64,000 nucleotides of DNA from Bacteroidota bacterium (GTDB lineage Bacteria > Bacteroidota > Bacteroidia > Bacteroidales > VadinHA17): NCBI GenBank assembly GCA_018262715.1, contig JADFDS010000011.1, positions 39,760-103,759 on the forward strand, in the 5' to 3' direction. The notes under the pieces were generated by a model, which was not told the origin of the DNA, made no database searches, and saw nothing but the letters and a program-made list of their open reading frames with translations. The translations under genes and the position numbers were made by a program. This document shows, one piece after another, positions 44,098 to 53,753 of this stretch. Position 1 is the stretch's first letter. Every line of letters begins with the position of its first letter.

Positions 44098-45819
44098 TCA
44101 CCTGATAACCCTGACCCTTTTCTCGCCCCGGTAGCTTCTGAGGTTGCCTTCCTGTTTCAGGTATCTGATCAGCGCCTCGGCGGTGGTAAAGAAGAGCGAC
44201 TGGCCCGGATCAGCGTGCTCGTACCTGTATACCTGGGTCATGTAGCTGTTCATGGCCACGGTGTATACCTGGTTCATATCCAGTGGTTTGCCGTCATTGG
44301 TGAGTATTTTTATCTCTTCCGGGTCACCCTGGTCATTGACCCTTGTCCCGGTGGTGATACCCGAGGTGTAGACGGGTGATTTTTCGTCTACAGGCCATGC
44401 GGCACGCAGAAGGGAAAAGATCTCACTGCCGGTGAGCTTTGTAACCACCAGTTCATTGCCGAAAGGATCAAGCTGGTATACATTTTTGATTGTAACCGGG
44501 CCTTTGGGAAGCTGGTCAATACGCACGCCCCCCGGGTTCATCAGTGCGATGTCAGCCCCGGCGGCTGCACGCTGGGCATCAGCCATCAGGTAGCCCAGCT
44601 CCTCATATGACGAGAAGTCGTCAGTGGCTGTTGCTATCACCTGGTTGAGAACCGGGTTATCATTGTACCTGTCAACCATGGAACGGATCTCAGGCTTTTC
44701 CTTTTTCGAGTTCCTGATGTCAATCAATTGCATGCTCCTGGTGATCCGGCCGTCTGTGTTAACGGTCAGTCTGATCAGGGTGCCGTATTTCAGCTTGTTC
44801 TCAGCCTGTGTAATCAGGATACCGTTATGGATCTGTTCCCTGTCAACCCTGGTATGTGAGTGTCCTCCAATGATAAGATCAATCCCTGCCGGCATTGTTT
44901 CAGCCAGTTTCACATCCTCCTCAAACCCGATATGGGTAAGGGCGATGAAAACATCGCTGCTGTCTTTAAGCCAGAGGTATTCGAGGGCAGTCTCGCAGGG
45001 TGAGCGGAACACAAAATCCCTGACATTGTCGGGATGGCTGTCCGGAATCCCGTTCTGCCCGAGTTGCAGGAGCCCGAGGAATGCCACCTTCAGCCCATTG
45101 GGAAGGGTGAAGATTTTGTAAGGGCTGATTTTCAGGGAATGCCGGCCTCCGCCGGATACATTGGCGCAGATAAAACCGAAATTAGCCTTAAGGATCAGGT
45201 TGCTGAATCCTTCGGGGCCGGTATCAAACTCGTGGTTTCCCACTGCACTGAGGTTGAAACCGACGGCATTCATCAGGTCAATCATCGGAAGGCCTTTCTC
45301 CGGGAACTGGTCGTTGATGGGGTTGCCGGTCTGGTTATCGCCTGCGGCGATGAGAAGCAGATTTGGATAAACACTCCTGAGGCTGTCAACGATCCACGCC
45401 AGCTTCGGGAAATTGTCGATTGCAGCATGCATGTCATTGACGGAGAAGATTACCGCCTGGCGGTCATCCGGAGCAACAGTACCGGCCGGTGCTGCAACGG
45501 TGGTGCTGCCCTGTTTTTTCATGTCAGGGGAGGTGGCGGCGTGCCTTGTGCTGCTGCACGCGAAGAGGAGCCCGGCGGCCAGGATGACAACGAGCAGCCT
45601 GATCAGCCTGGTTCTCTTTTTGCGTCCTGACAGAATGAACAGGGCATTACCGTCTGTAAGTGCCCCGTCAGGCGCGACAATATTGCCGTACCGGTCCTCT
45701 GCAACAGGAAGCCTTTCAGGCACCTTCCGTCCTTCATGTTTGTAAAAACCCGCAATTGCATCTCTTACCCTGGCTCCGTTATGAAGGTCAAGCAGGGTAT
45801 CATTCACTGTAATTTTCAT
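44098..45819 (-). CDS. Bifunctional metallophosphatase / 5'-nucleotidase (UshA-like) with an unusual N-terminal extension
   Basis: Calcineurin-like motifs VNDMHA, AAGDNQTGNP, GNHEFD and GGHSH, plus a 5'-nucleotidase C-terminal domain. Residues 1-65 come before a basic stretch and a lipobox-like anchor (LLFAC). Confidence 0.8.
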   Translation of the reverse strand: MKITVNDTLLDLHNGARVRDAIAGFYKHEGRKVPERLPVAEDRYGNIVAPDGALTDGNALFILSGRKKRTRLIRLLVVILAAGLLFACSSTRHAATSPDMKKQGSTTVAAPAGTVAPDDRQAVIFSVNDMHAAIDNFPKLAWIVDSLRSVYPNLLLIAAGDNQTGNPINDQFPEKGLPMIDLMNAVGFNLSAVGNHEFDTGPEGFSNLILKANFGFICANVSGGGRHSLKISPYKIFTLPNGLKVAFLGLLQLGQNGIPDSHPDNVRDFVFRSPCETALEYLWLKDSSDVFIALTHIGFEEDVKLAETMPAGIDLIIGGHSHTRVDREQIHNGILITQAENKLKYGTLIRLTVNTDGRITRSMQLIDIRNSKKEKPEIRSMVDRYNDNPVLNQVIATATDDFSSYEELGYLMADAQRAAAGADIALMNPGGVRIDQLPKGPVTIKNVYQLDPFGNELVVTKLTGSEIFSLLRAAWPVDEKSPVYTSGITTGTRVNDQGDPEEIKILTNDGKPLDMNQVYTVAMNSYMTQVYRYEHADPGQSLFFTTAEALIRYLKQEGNLRSYRGEKRVRVIR

Positions 45820-45881
45820 CCGTCAGGCGTTTAGGTGCGATATGACGGATCAAAATACAAAAATATTCTGATTAGGATTTG

Positions 45882-47324
45882 TCAATTTTTTCTGAATGGC
45901 CTGGTGAAAACAGTCAGAAATGTGAAGAGTTCAAGGCGTCCGGCAATCATCAGCAGAGTCATAATCGTCTTGGCAAAAGGATTGAAGTGGGCGAAGTTGC
46001 CCATGTTTCCCGAATGGCCCAGCCCCGGGCCGATATTCGCCATTGAGGTCGCAACAGCCCCGGCTGATTCCAGGATGGATACGCCGGATAACTGCAAAAG
46101 CAATACGCCGGCAATATATATTACAAAGTAAAGTGAGATGAATACCATTGTTTGGTTCACCACCCCTTCGGGCACGCCCTGTCCGTTCAGTTTGACAGGG
46201 ACGACAGCGCTGGGGTGATGAAGCCTGATGAATGAGTTTCCCAGGTTTTTAAAGAATATAAGGTGCCTGGCAATCTTGATCCCGCCTGTTGTTGAGCCGG
46301 TAGAACCTCCTGAAAACATAAGCAGGAAGAGGAGGAACCAGCCAAGCGGAGGGAATGTCATGTAGTCAGCGGTTGCAAACCCCGAGCATGAGATCTGTGA
46401 GATCACCTGGAAAAATGAATGTCTGAATGAAAGGGCAAAGTTTCTGTCTGTGCCGGTATAGAGTATGATTGTCAATACGGTTACGCCAGCCGTTACGGTG
46501 AAGAGGTAAGCCCACAGTTCATCATTTGACCTAACCCTCTTTAAGTTGCCCTTGAGCAGATGGTAGAAGACAACATAACTTACTGCGGAAAGCAACATGA
46601 ATATTGCGATAACATACTGAATATATGGTGAATACTCTGCCACGCTGGTATTACGGGTAGAAAAACCTCCGGTTGCAACGGTGCTGAAAGAATTGCAGAG
46701 GCTGTTGAACAGGTCCATCCCCCCGAGCAGCAGGAAGATCGTTTCCAGAGCAGTGATCCCGAGATAAATGTACAGGATCCTGTAAACCACCCCCTTGGCC
46801 TTCGGATGTATCTTTTCCTTCAATGATGATTCGAGGCTGAAGAGCTGATAGCCGGTCATTTTCAGAGATGGAAGAACGAGGATCACCAGCACTATAATCC
46901 CGATCCCGCCGATCCAGTGGGTCATGCTTCTCCAGAAAAGTATCGAGTGGGGAAGTGCCTCGACATCTGTCAGTATCGAAGCACCTGTTGTGGTCAGCCC
47001 GGAGGCAGACTCAAAAAGTGCATCGACGAAGGAGGGAATTGTTTTTCCGATGAGGTAGGGGAGTGCGCCTGCGATAGAGATCACAAGCCAGGCGGATGTG
47101 ACTATCAGGTAGGTTTCCCTGTTGTTGATCTGGCCTTGATCCGGTCGCCTGCCCAGAAACCAAAGCGCTCCTCCCAGGATAATGCATATGCCGGCTGAAA
47201 TAACAAACGGCCATACAGGCTCGCTGTAAATCAAAGAAACAGGAAGGCAGAAAATGACGGCGGCTGCTTCGATAAGCAGGATAGTGCCCAGCACCCTGGC
47301 AATATGAACCGGATTTATAAGCAT
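45882..47324 (-). CDS. trkH: TrkH/KtrB family potassium uptake protein
   Basis: 480 aa. Repeated M1-P-M2 units carry the selectivity-filter-like segments TTTGAS, ATGGFS and STGGIK. Confidence 0.85.
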   Translation of the reverse strand: MLINPVHIARVLGTILLIEAAAVIFCLPVSLIYSEPVWPFVISAGICIILGGALWFLGRRPDQGQINNRETYLIVTSAWLVISIAGALPYLIGKTIPSFVDALFESASGLTTTGASILTDVEALPHSILFWRSMTHWIGGIGIIVLVILVLPSLKMTGYQLFSLESSLKEKIHPKAKGVVYRILYIYLGITALETIFLLLGGMDLFNSLCNSFSTVATGGFSTRNTSVAEYSPYIQYVIAIFMLLSAVSYVVFYHLLKGNLKRVRSNDELWAYLFTVTAGVTVLTIILYTGTDRNFALSFRHSFFQVISQISCSGFATADYMTFPPLGWFLLFLLMFSGGSTGSTTGGIKIARHLIFFKNLGNSFIRLHHPSAVVPVKLNGQGVPEGVVNQTMVFISLYFVIYIAGVLLLQLSGVSILESAGAVATSMANIGPGLGHSGNMGNFAHFNPFAKTIMTLLMIAGRLELFTFLTVFTRPFRKN

Positions 47325-47480
47325 CCATAGATGACATTACAAACGCGGCCCAAAGTTGAGTCCATAATCATAAGAATAAAATCAAGAATGAGTCAGGGCC
47401 TGTAAAGATTTTATAAAGAGAAGTACTTTCCGGGATGCCATACCTGGCTGTTTTATGATCACAGGCTACCGGCCGGCGAT

Positions 47481-48164
47481 TCAGCTCCCAAACCTGTAAC
47501 CAATGCCTGATTCGGTTATCAGAAGGACGGGGTTTGAAGGGTTTTCTTCTATTTTCTTCCGGAGCTGGGCAATGAAGACTCTCAGATACTGTGTCTGTTC
47601 CAGGTACCCGTAACCCCAGATCTCCTTCAGGATAAACCGGTGGGTAAGTACCCTTCCGGTGTTTTTGGCCAGGAGTGTAAGCAGGGAATATTCCGTGGAA
47701 GTAAGCTTTATGATTTCCCCGCTTTTGCGAACCACGTGGTTGAGCATGTCAATTGTCAGCGATCCGAATTCCATCAGCGGCGTATCCTTTTTTTCTTCGC
47801 TCAGCCTGATTGCAGCTCTTATCCTGGCTACAAGCTCCCCGCCCCGGAAAGGCTTCGTAAGGTAATCATTAGCCCCCCGGTCAAGCGCCTTGATGATATC
47901 ATCCTCAGAGTTTCTCACTGACAGTATGATGACGGGCTTTGTATACCATTCCCTTAATGTCTCCAGGAGTTTCATCCCGTCCATGTCAGGCAATCCCAGG
48001 TCAAGGATAACCAGCGCAGGACTGTGGGTTGCTGCTGCCACCAGGCCTTCCTTACCGGTAGTTGCAAAGACGGTGTTGAACCCGTATGTTGAGAGTGAGA
48101 TCTCAAGCAGTCTTCTGATCTGTACCTCATCATCAATGATCAGTATGGTCCTGTTATCATTCAT
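47481..48164 (-). CDS. OmpR-family response regulator, KdpE-like
   Basis: Receiver domain (ILIIDDE, ILDLGLPDMDG, KPF) and a winged-helix output domain (GYGYLEQTQYLRVFIAQLRKKIE), as in KdpE. Confidence 0.8.
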   Translation of the reverse strand: MNDNRTILIIDDEVQIRRLLEISLSTYGFNTVFATTGKEGLVAAATHSPALVILDLGLPDMDGMKLLETLREWYTKPVIILSVRNSEDDIIKALDRGANDYLTKPFRGGELVARIRAAIRLSEEKKDTPLMEFGSLTIDMLNHVVRKSGEIIKLTSTEYSLLTLLAKNTGRVLTHRFILKEIWGYGYLEQTQYLRVFIAQLRKKIEENPSNPVLLITESGIGYRFGS

Positions 48165-49690
48165 TCTGCAAGATTAAGCTGGTTTATGTCCGGGATTTCG
48201 GACGGAATTGTCACAGTGAAGATGGCTCCTCCTTCCCTGATGTTCGAAACGGAAACAGTACCCCTGTGTGCATCCACAAGTCCCCTTACAATTGACAGCC
48301 CCAGGCCAAGACCGCCTGCCGGCGATCCTTCAACGCGGAAGAATTTGTCGAAGAGCCGCGGGAGTGAAGCAGGAGGGAAGCCCGGTCCGCTGTCCGATAC
48401 CCTGATAACTAGTCCCTTATTCTCGTATGAAGCCTCCGTTTTTATGGCCGAGCCCGGGGGGGAGTGCTGTGTCGCGTTGAGCAATAGGTTATTAAGAATG
48501 AGCTCCACGAGACTGAAGTCAATCCTGACCAGTGGCATATCTTCCGGTATTGACATGATCACGTGAAACTGCGCAAGCTCCTGTTTCAGGCTCAGGGTGA
48601 CCCTTTGAAACAGGTCTGTCACATCGTGCCAGTCAAGCCGGAGGGAAATCCTTCCGCTCTCAATACGTGACATGTTAAGCAGGTTTTCGGTCATATGATT
48701 CAGCCGGGCTGATGCCTTGAGGATTTCGCCATACAGTTCCTTCCTGTTTTCTTCCGAAGCCTCTGAGGACATCAGGGTATCAGAGGCCCCCATAATAGCC
48801 GCAATTGGTATTCTGAACTCATGTGAAACCAGGTTAAACAGAGTGCCATAGAACCTGTCTGATTCATCCAGAACCCTTGCCCTTGTAGCCATCTCACCCA
48901 GGAACTCACGTTCGATGGCGCCTGCAATGTGTGAGCAGCAGGTATCCCAGAAGGCGTCCTTGTTCCTGTACCGTTCTTCAGCGATCCTGCATACGGCAAC
49001 ACCGGGATTTATCATTGCCCCGGTCAGGGGAAAGTATGTAAACGGTTCATGCGGCCTGTTTCCTGTAAACCTTCCCGCTTTCCTCTGGTTGGCAAACACC
49101 CATTTGACCAGGTCATGATCAGGCTGGTCATCATCCTCGCCGGACTCAGCGGCAGGCTGGCAGACCAGGTTATTGTTCCCGTCCTGAATGATGAACCGGG
49201 CTCCGGCCCCTGAATTTGTCCTGAAATGTTCCTCAGCCACCCTGATGACTTCATCGGTACCGCGCGCTCCTGACAGTCCGGCCGTCAGGCGGAACAGGGC
49301 ATTTGTCTGATTCTCCCTGTCGCGGACAGCCCTCTCCTGTCTCCTGATCCTGTTGGTGAGTATCCCGTTGAGCAGAGCGATGATGAAGAACGAGACAAAC
49401 ATCAACCTGTCTTCAGTGTTGGCAATGTGAAAAGTATGAAATGGAGGGATGAAGAAGTAATTCCATGAAACGGCGCTCATGGTTGAAGCGAGCAGGACGG
49501 GCCCTATCCCGAGGAAAACAGCCAGAATGGCTACCACAAAAAGGAGTATAAATGATACAATGTGATAGCTCTGCGGAGAGGATAGTGGCAGGCATACAAG
49601 TGTTGTGAGACCAATTATCAGTATCACAAGCAGATAGTGAAAAATGTGTTTCACTGTGCCTGAGAGCCGGCCCGTCAGAATGCCATTCAT
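48161..49690 (-). CDS. Sensor histidine kinase, KdpD C-terminal type (DUF4118 membrane block, GAF-like, HisKA, HATPase), lacking the KdpD N-terminal/Usp domains
   Basis: The four-helix block ends in FFIPPFHTFHI (DUF4118 signature). H-box SHEFRIP and G-boxes DSGPGF and GGLGLGLS. The stop overlaps the response regulator start (ATGA). Confidence 0.8.
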   Translation of the reverse strand: MNGILTGRLSGTVKHIFHYLLVILIIGLTTLVCLPLSSPQSYHIVSFILLFVVAILAVFLGIGPVLLASTMSAVSWNYFFIPPFHTFHIANTEDRLMFVSFFIIALLNGILTNRIRRQERAVRDRENQTNALFRLTAGLSGARGTDEVIRVAEEHFRTNSGAGARFIIQDGNNNLVCQPAAESGEDDDQPDHDLVKWVFANQRKAGRFTGNRPHEPFTYFPLTGAMINPGVAVCRIAEERYRNKDAFWDTCCSHIAGAIEREFLGEMATRARVLDESDRFYGTLFNLVSHEFRIPIAAIMGASDTLMSSEASEENRKELYGEILKASARLNHMTENLLNMSRIESGRISLRLDWHDVTDLFQRVTLSLKQELAQFHVIMSIPEDMPLVRIDFSLVELILNNLLLNATQHSPPGSAIKTEASYENKGLVIRVSDSGPGFPPASLPRLFDKFFRVEGSPAGGLGLGLSIVRGLVDAHRGTVSVSNIREGGAIFTVTIPSEIPDINQLNLAE

Positions 49691-49991
49691 GCGGTTCTTG
49701 TTTTCAATGCAAATTTAAGTTGTGAAAGGGTATAATGATTTCTTACTGTGCGGCTAATTTGGCGACTGTTTCATAAAGACTTTATCAATAATCAGGCTGA
49801 TAGTGAAAAGAATTTATAAAGGAGACCGGCAGGCGGCCGACATAAGCTGAAGGCGCTAAAAATCAGTGATTTAATAACAGATACAGCATGCTTTGCCGCG
49901 AAAATGGCCCGGAAAATTGTAACCCTGAAGCCTTTATGGCCGTTTAACATTTTGCATTACACACCGGCGAGGGTATGTAGTCAGATGGTTC

Positions 49992-52523
49992 ATGAAGAAA
50001 TGGATCCTATATAGTATTTCCGTATTGTTGTCGTTGAATGCCTGGGGGCAGAGCTGCTCAATTCTATCAAAGGCCAACAACATAACCCCGGATAAACTTT
50101 GTTCACCGGTGACCGCCACCTGGACCGTAAGCTATACGGGTGTTGATGACGGAGGGGCACCGGTGACAATTAGGTTTGACTGGAACAATGGCAATATTGA
50201 AACCCTGTCTGCCACTGAAACTTCCCCGGGTGTGTTTGAAGCAACTTCAATAAACACCTATACCTCAGCAGGAAGTATCTGCAACTACCACCCGCAGGCC
50301 ACACTGGTGGTTGACGGGGTACTGTGCACCTCATCATCCCAGGAACAGATAGTGACAGTATGGGATGATGATGATCACAATGGAGGCCATATGCATATCA
50401 ATCCGCTGGTCTACCCGATCTGTTTCGGCAACAGCGCCAACGTCCGTTTCCAGGACCTTACGCAGTTTAACTGTGTGCCTCCGCAGGAAAGGGATAATCC
50501 CAACGTCAGCACCAGGTGGATACAGTGGGTCTATGGTACAGACATCACAATGACCGGTATTCCGGTTACTGTTGACGGTCACAGCAGGACATTTCCCTAC
50601 GTTGACAATGTTATCACACTTACCGGCCCGGTGACCGGTTCCGGGGTATGGTCCGATGTCCTTTTTGTGGCAAATGACAAGCTTATAGGCCAGTATTTTG
50701 AGGTTACCCTTCGCAACTGGAACTACTGTAATCCATATGATGACCCCGCTATCCCCGGCGGTCCTCATGACCGTGTCAACGGTGACCATCCGCCGGTAGT
50801 CACCACCGCAAGGATATTGATTGTACCCTACCCTGATGCGACCATCATGCCGGTTGACCCGATGTGCGCAAATGCCTCACCGGTAGCCCTGACGGGGCAT
50901 GATCCGGGAGGCACATGGACCGGAAGCGGGGTGAGCGGCAACATATTTGATCCCTCACTTGCCGGGCCCGGCAGCCACACCATAAGGCATGAGATTGTAA
51001 ATGCCGACGGATGCCGGGATGATGATCAGACAACAATTACCGTTTACCCCGTTCCCGATGCCACGATAATCACGGCCGGGATCGCCTGTTCAACCGACCC
51101 GGTTATTGTACTTCAGGCAAATGACCCGGGGGGCGTATGGTCCGGCACCGGTGTCTCGGGAAATCTTTTCTATCCGGCGGTGGCCGGATCGGGAAACCAC
51201 CTGATAACTTACTCCATCACCGATGCCAACGGCTGTACTGATACTGATTCAGCGATCCTCACCGTTGCAACGCCTGACGCTACCATCACCCCGCTGGATA
51301 CCCTCTGCGAAGACAGTCCGTCAGTCCTGCTGACGGCACATGACCTGGGAGGGGTCTGGTCAGGGCCGGGGGTAGTGGGCAACAGGTTTGTGCCTGCTCT
51401 CGCCGGCACAGGGAACCATATTATCAAATATGAAATCCTGAACACTGACTGCGCTGCGGTTGACACGGCCGTGGTAACAGTCATGGCGCTGCCTTCAATA
51501 ATAATTGATGATCCGGGGACCCTCTTCCTCAATGGTCCGCCGGTGGCGCTGACGGCCTACCCCACCGGAGGCACATGGTCAGGGCCGGGCATGACAGGCA
51601 ATCTGTTTGATCCGTCTGAAGCCGGGCTTGGCAATCACATGCTTACCTATTCAATTCCTCCCGAGAGCTGGGGATGTGCAGCACAGCGCGATGTATATGT
51701 CAGCGTGATCATGCCGCCGATGCCTGTGGCCGACTTTGAAGGAGAAACATCGGGATGCGCCCCGCTCACCGTTCAGTTTATAAACAAGAGCCAGCACGGC
51801 GAGAGCTACACGTGGGATTTCGGTGACAGGCAGTATTCATCTGAAAAGGATCCTGTGCACACTTATTTTGTTCCCGGGACATACCTGGTGAAGCTCACCG
51901 TCCACAACATTGCGGGTGAATCGGTTCGTAACGGAGTTATAGAGGTTTACCAGAATCCGTCTGCCATCTTCGATGCCTATCCAAAGGATGTGGTCAACAA
52001 TGAGCAGATAGTAATTTTCTACAGCTATTCCTACTTTGCGGAATCATGGCTCTGGAGATTCGGTGACGGGGAGACCTCCGCCGAGGAAAATCCATGGCAC
52101 AAATATGAGTCACCCGGGTCTTATACTGTCTCACTGCTTGTTTCCACTCATGAGGGGTGTGTTGATTCCGCGGAGATGGACACACCTGTGGTGGTGGAGT
52201 GGAAGGAGGGAACCCTGAAGTTTCCGAATGTCTTCAGGTGGAACCGCACCGGGCCCACCGGAGGTGAGTGGTCGGAGGGCGTGAATCCGTCAATGGATGA
52301 GGTTTTCAGGCCGTTTTTTGAGAATATAATTGAATACAGGCTTCAGATCTTCAACAGGTGGGGTGTGCTGATCTATGAGAGCGATAACCTGAAGAAGGGA
52401 TGGGACGGTTACTTCGGAAACGGCAACCTGGCTCCCCAGGGCGTTTATGTCTGGAAAGCCTCAGGCAGGTATGCCGATGGAGAATACTTCGATATGGTGG
52501 GGGATGTGACCTTCCTGCACTAG
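49992..52523 (+). CDS. T9SS type B sorting domain (gliding-motility CHU_C) surface protein with 4 Cys-containing tandem repeats and 2 PKD domains
   Basis: Signal peptide; four ~74-aa repeats; two PKD-like segments (WDFGD, WRFGDG); and the C-terminal FPNVF...FRPF...YRLQIFNRWGVLIYES...GWDG...QGVYVW typical of type B CTDs. Confidence 0.85.
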   Translation: MKKWILYSISVLLSLNAWGQSCSILSKANNITPDKLCSPVTATWTVSYTGVDDGGAPVTIRFDWNNGNIETLSATETSPGVFEATSINTYTSAGSICNYHPQATLVVDGVLCTSSSQEQIVTVWDDDDHNGGHMHINPLVYPICFGNSANVRFQDLTQFNCVPPQERDNPNVSTRWIQWVYGTDITMTGIPVTVDGHSRTFPYVDNVITLTGPVTGSGVWSDVLFVANDKLIGQYFEVTLRNWNYCNPYDDPAIPGGPHDRVNGDHPPVVTTARILIVPYPDATIMPVDPMCANASPVALTGHDPGGTWTGSGVSGNIFDPSLAGPGSHTIRHEIVNADGCRDDDQTTITVYPVPDATIITAGIACSTDPVIVLQANDPGGVWSGTGVSGNLFYPAVAGSGNHLITYSITDANGCTDTDSAILTVATPDATITPLDTLCEDSPSVLLTAHDLGGVWSGPGVVGNRFVPALAGTGNHIIKYEILNTDCAAVDTAVVTVMALPSIIIDDPGTLFLNGPPVALTAYPTGGTWSGPGMTGNLFDPSEAGLGNHMLTYSIPPESWGCAAQRDVYVSVIMPPMPVADFEGETSGCAPLTVQFINKSQHGESYTWDFGDRQYSSEKDPVHTYFVPGTYLVKLTVHNIAGESVRNGVIEVYQNPSAIFDAYPKDVVNNEQIVIFYSYSYFAESWLWRFGDGETSAEENPWHKYESPGSYTVSLLVSTHEGCVDSAEMDTPVVVEWKEGTLKFPNVFRWNRTGPTGGEWSEGVNPSMDEVFRPFFENIIEYRLQIFNRWGVLIYESDNLKKGWDGYFGNGNLAPQGVYVWKASGRYADGEYFDMVGDVTFLH
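50826..51710 (+). repeat. Four in-frame tandem repeats (~74 codons each) inside the T9SS type B protein gene
   Basis: The consensus read from the translation is PDATI....C.....V.L.A.DPGG.WSG.GV.GN.F.P..AG.GNH.I.Y.I....GC.D.D...TV. Confidence 0.85.
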
Positions 52524-52597
52524 GTTCAACTGCCACCTCTGCCAGGACAGTTACTATCCGGCGGGAATGCCTGAAGTAAAAGAAATCACCCGGGTTT

Positions 52598-53722
52598 CTA
52601 CACCAGTTCCTTCTGGTAAATCCTGTATTTTTTGACCACCTTGCAGCCGATCCGTTCGTATTCACCTCTCATTCTCAGGTTGTCTTCGAGGACGAGGTGG
52701 CTGTCAATGGTCTCCATGCGGCTGTTGATGGCATCACGGAGTATCTTCACGCCCATCAGCACGTCAATTCCTTTTCCCCTGAAATCCTTTTTGACTCCGC
52801 CGAGCATCATCATCAGCTTCTTTGAACGTTTTGACTCGCGGAGGACCCTGAAGATCCCGAACGGGATCAGTCTTCCCCTGCAGGCTTTAATACCGGCGCT
52901 GAGGTCAGGCATCCCTATGGCAAATCCTATTACCTCGCCATCCTTCTTCACCGCTTTGATGAATTTGGGGTCAAGTATCGGGAGGTAGCGTGCCGCGAAG
53001 TCCTTTTTCTCCTTGTCATTCAGCGGAACAAACCCGTAGATCTCCGCGAAAGTGTCATTCATCACCTCAAGGATGGGAAGGATGTAGGGTTTCAGCTGCT
53101 TCTTGCCGGTGAATTCAATGATCTCGAAATCCCCGCTTTTGGTGATCCTGTCAAGGACCCGTTCATACACCACCGGGAACGCCCCGGGGATATCTCCAAG
53201 GTAGTTCACCAGGTCGATTTTTTTGGCATAACCCTCCTTCTCTATCAGCTCAGCCATGTATGGTGAGTTATTGGCAGCTGTAATGAACAACGGGTACTGG
53301 AATCCCTCAATCTGGAATCCCTGCGGGTCCTTGTCGGAAAAACCAAGGGGGCCGACAAGTTTTGACATGCCGTTTTGCCTTGCCCACTGTTCGATGTGGC
53401 TGATCAGGGCGTGAAAGACATCAGGGTCATTGTAGCATTCCATAAAGCAGAACCGTCCGTGGTTCTCATGGTTGATCTCGTTATACCTGCGGTTGATGAT
53501 CCCCATAATCCGGCCCACCGGCTTATTGTCCCTGTAAGCTGTAAGCAGGAGTCCGTCAGCATACCCGAAAGACTTGTTCTTCTTTTTGTCAAAAAGCTCC
53601 CACTCATCCATATAGATTGGCGGAAGCCACTCAGGTTCGTTTCTGTGAACTTTTTCAGGCAGATAGATGAAATCACGGAGGTCCTTGCGCGTGATTACCT
53701 CTTTGACGGTAATTTCTCCCAT
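52598..53722 (-). CDS. GNAT-like acyltransferase-fold protein of unknown specificity (374 aa)
   Basis: The start is placed at MGEITVKEV (ATG 53722), which avoids a 92-nt overlap with the upstream gene. The C-terminal half has a GNAT-like motif (GGVKKDFRGKGIDVLM). I recognised no characterised homologue. Confidence 0.55.
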   Translation of the reverse strand: MGEITVKEVITRKDLRDFIYLPEKVHRNEPEWLPPIYMDEWELFDKKKNKSFGYADGLLLTAYRDNKPVGRIMGIINRRYNEINHENHGRFCFMECYNDPDVFHALISHIEQWARQNGMSKLVGPLGFSDKDPQGFQIEGFQYPLFITAANNSPYMAELIEKEGYAKKIDLVNYLGDIPGAFPVVYERVLDRITKSGDFEIIEFTGKKQLKPYILPILEVMNDTFAEIYGFVPLNDKEKKDFAARYLPILDPKFIKAVKKDGEVIGFAIGMPDLSAGIKACRGRLIPFGIFRVLRESKRSKKLMMMLGGVKKDFRGKGIDVLMGVKILRDAINSRMETIDSHLVLEDNLRMRGEYERIGCKVVKKYRIYQKELV

Positions 53723-53753
53723 GGCAGTCAGGTTGCGTGGTGATAAAGATAAT

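Noticed and set aside
47325-47480. A K+-related riboswitch (c-di-AMP / ydaO type) upstream of trkH
   Set aside because: The 156-nt leader, read on the minus strand, shows none of the conserved ydaO-type sequence blocks or the pseudo-symmetric helices that I could recognise.
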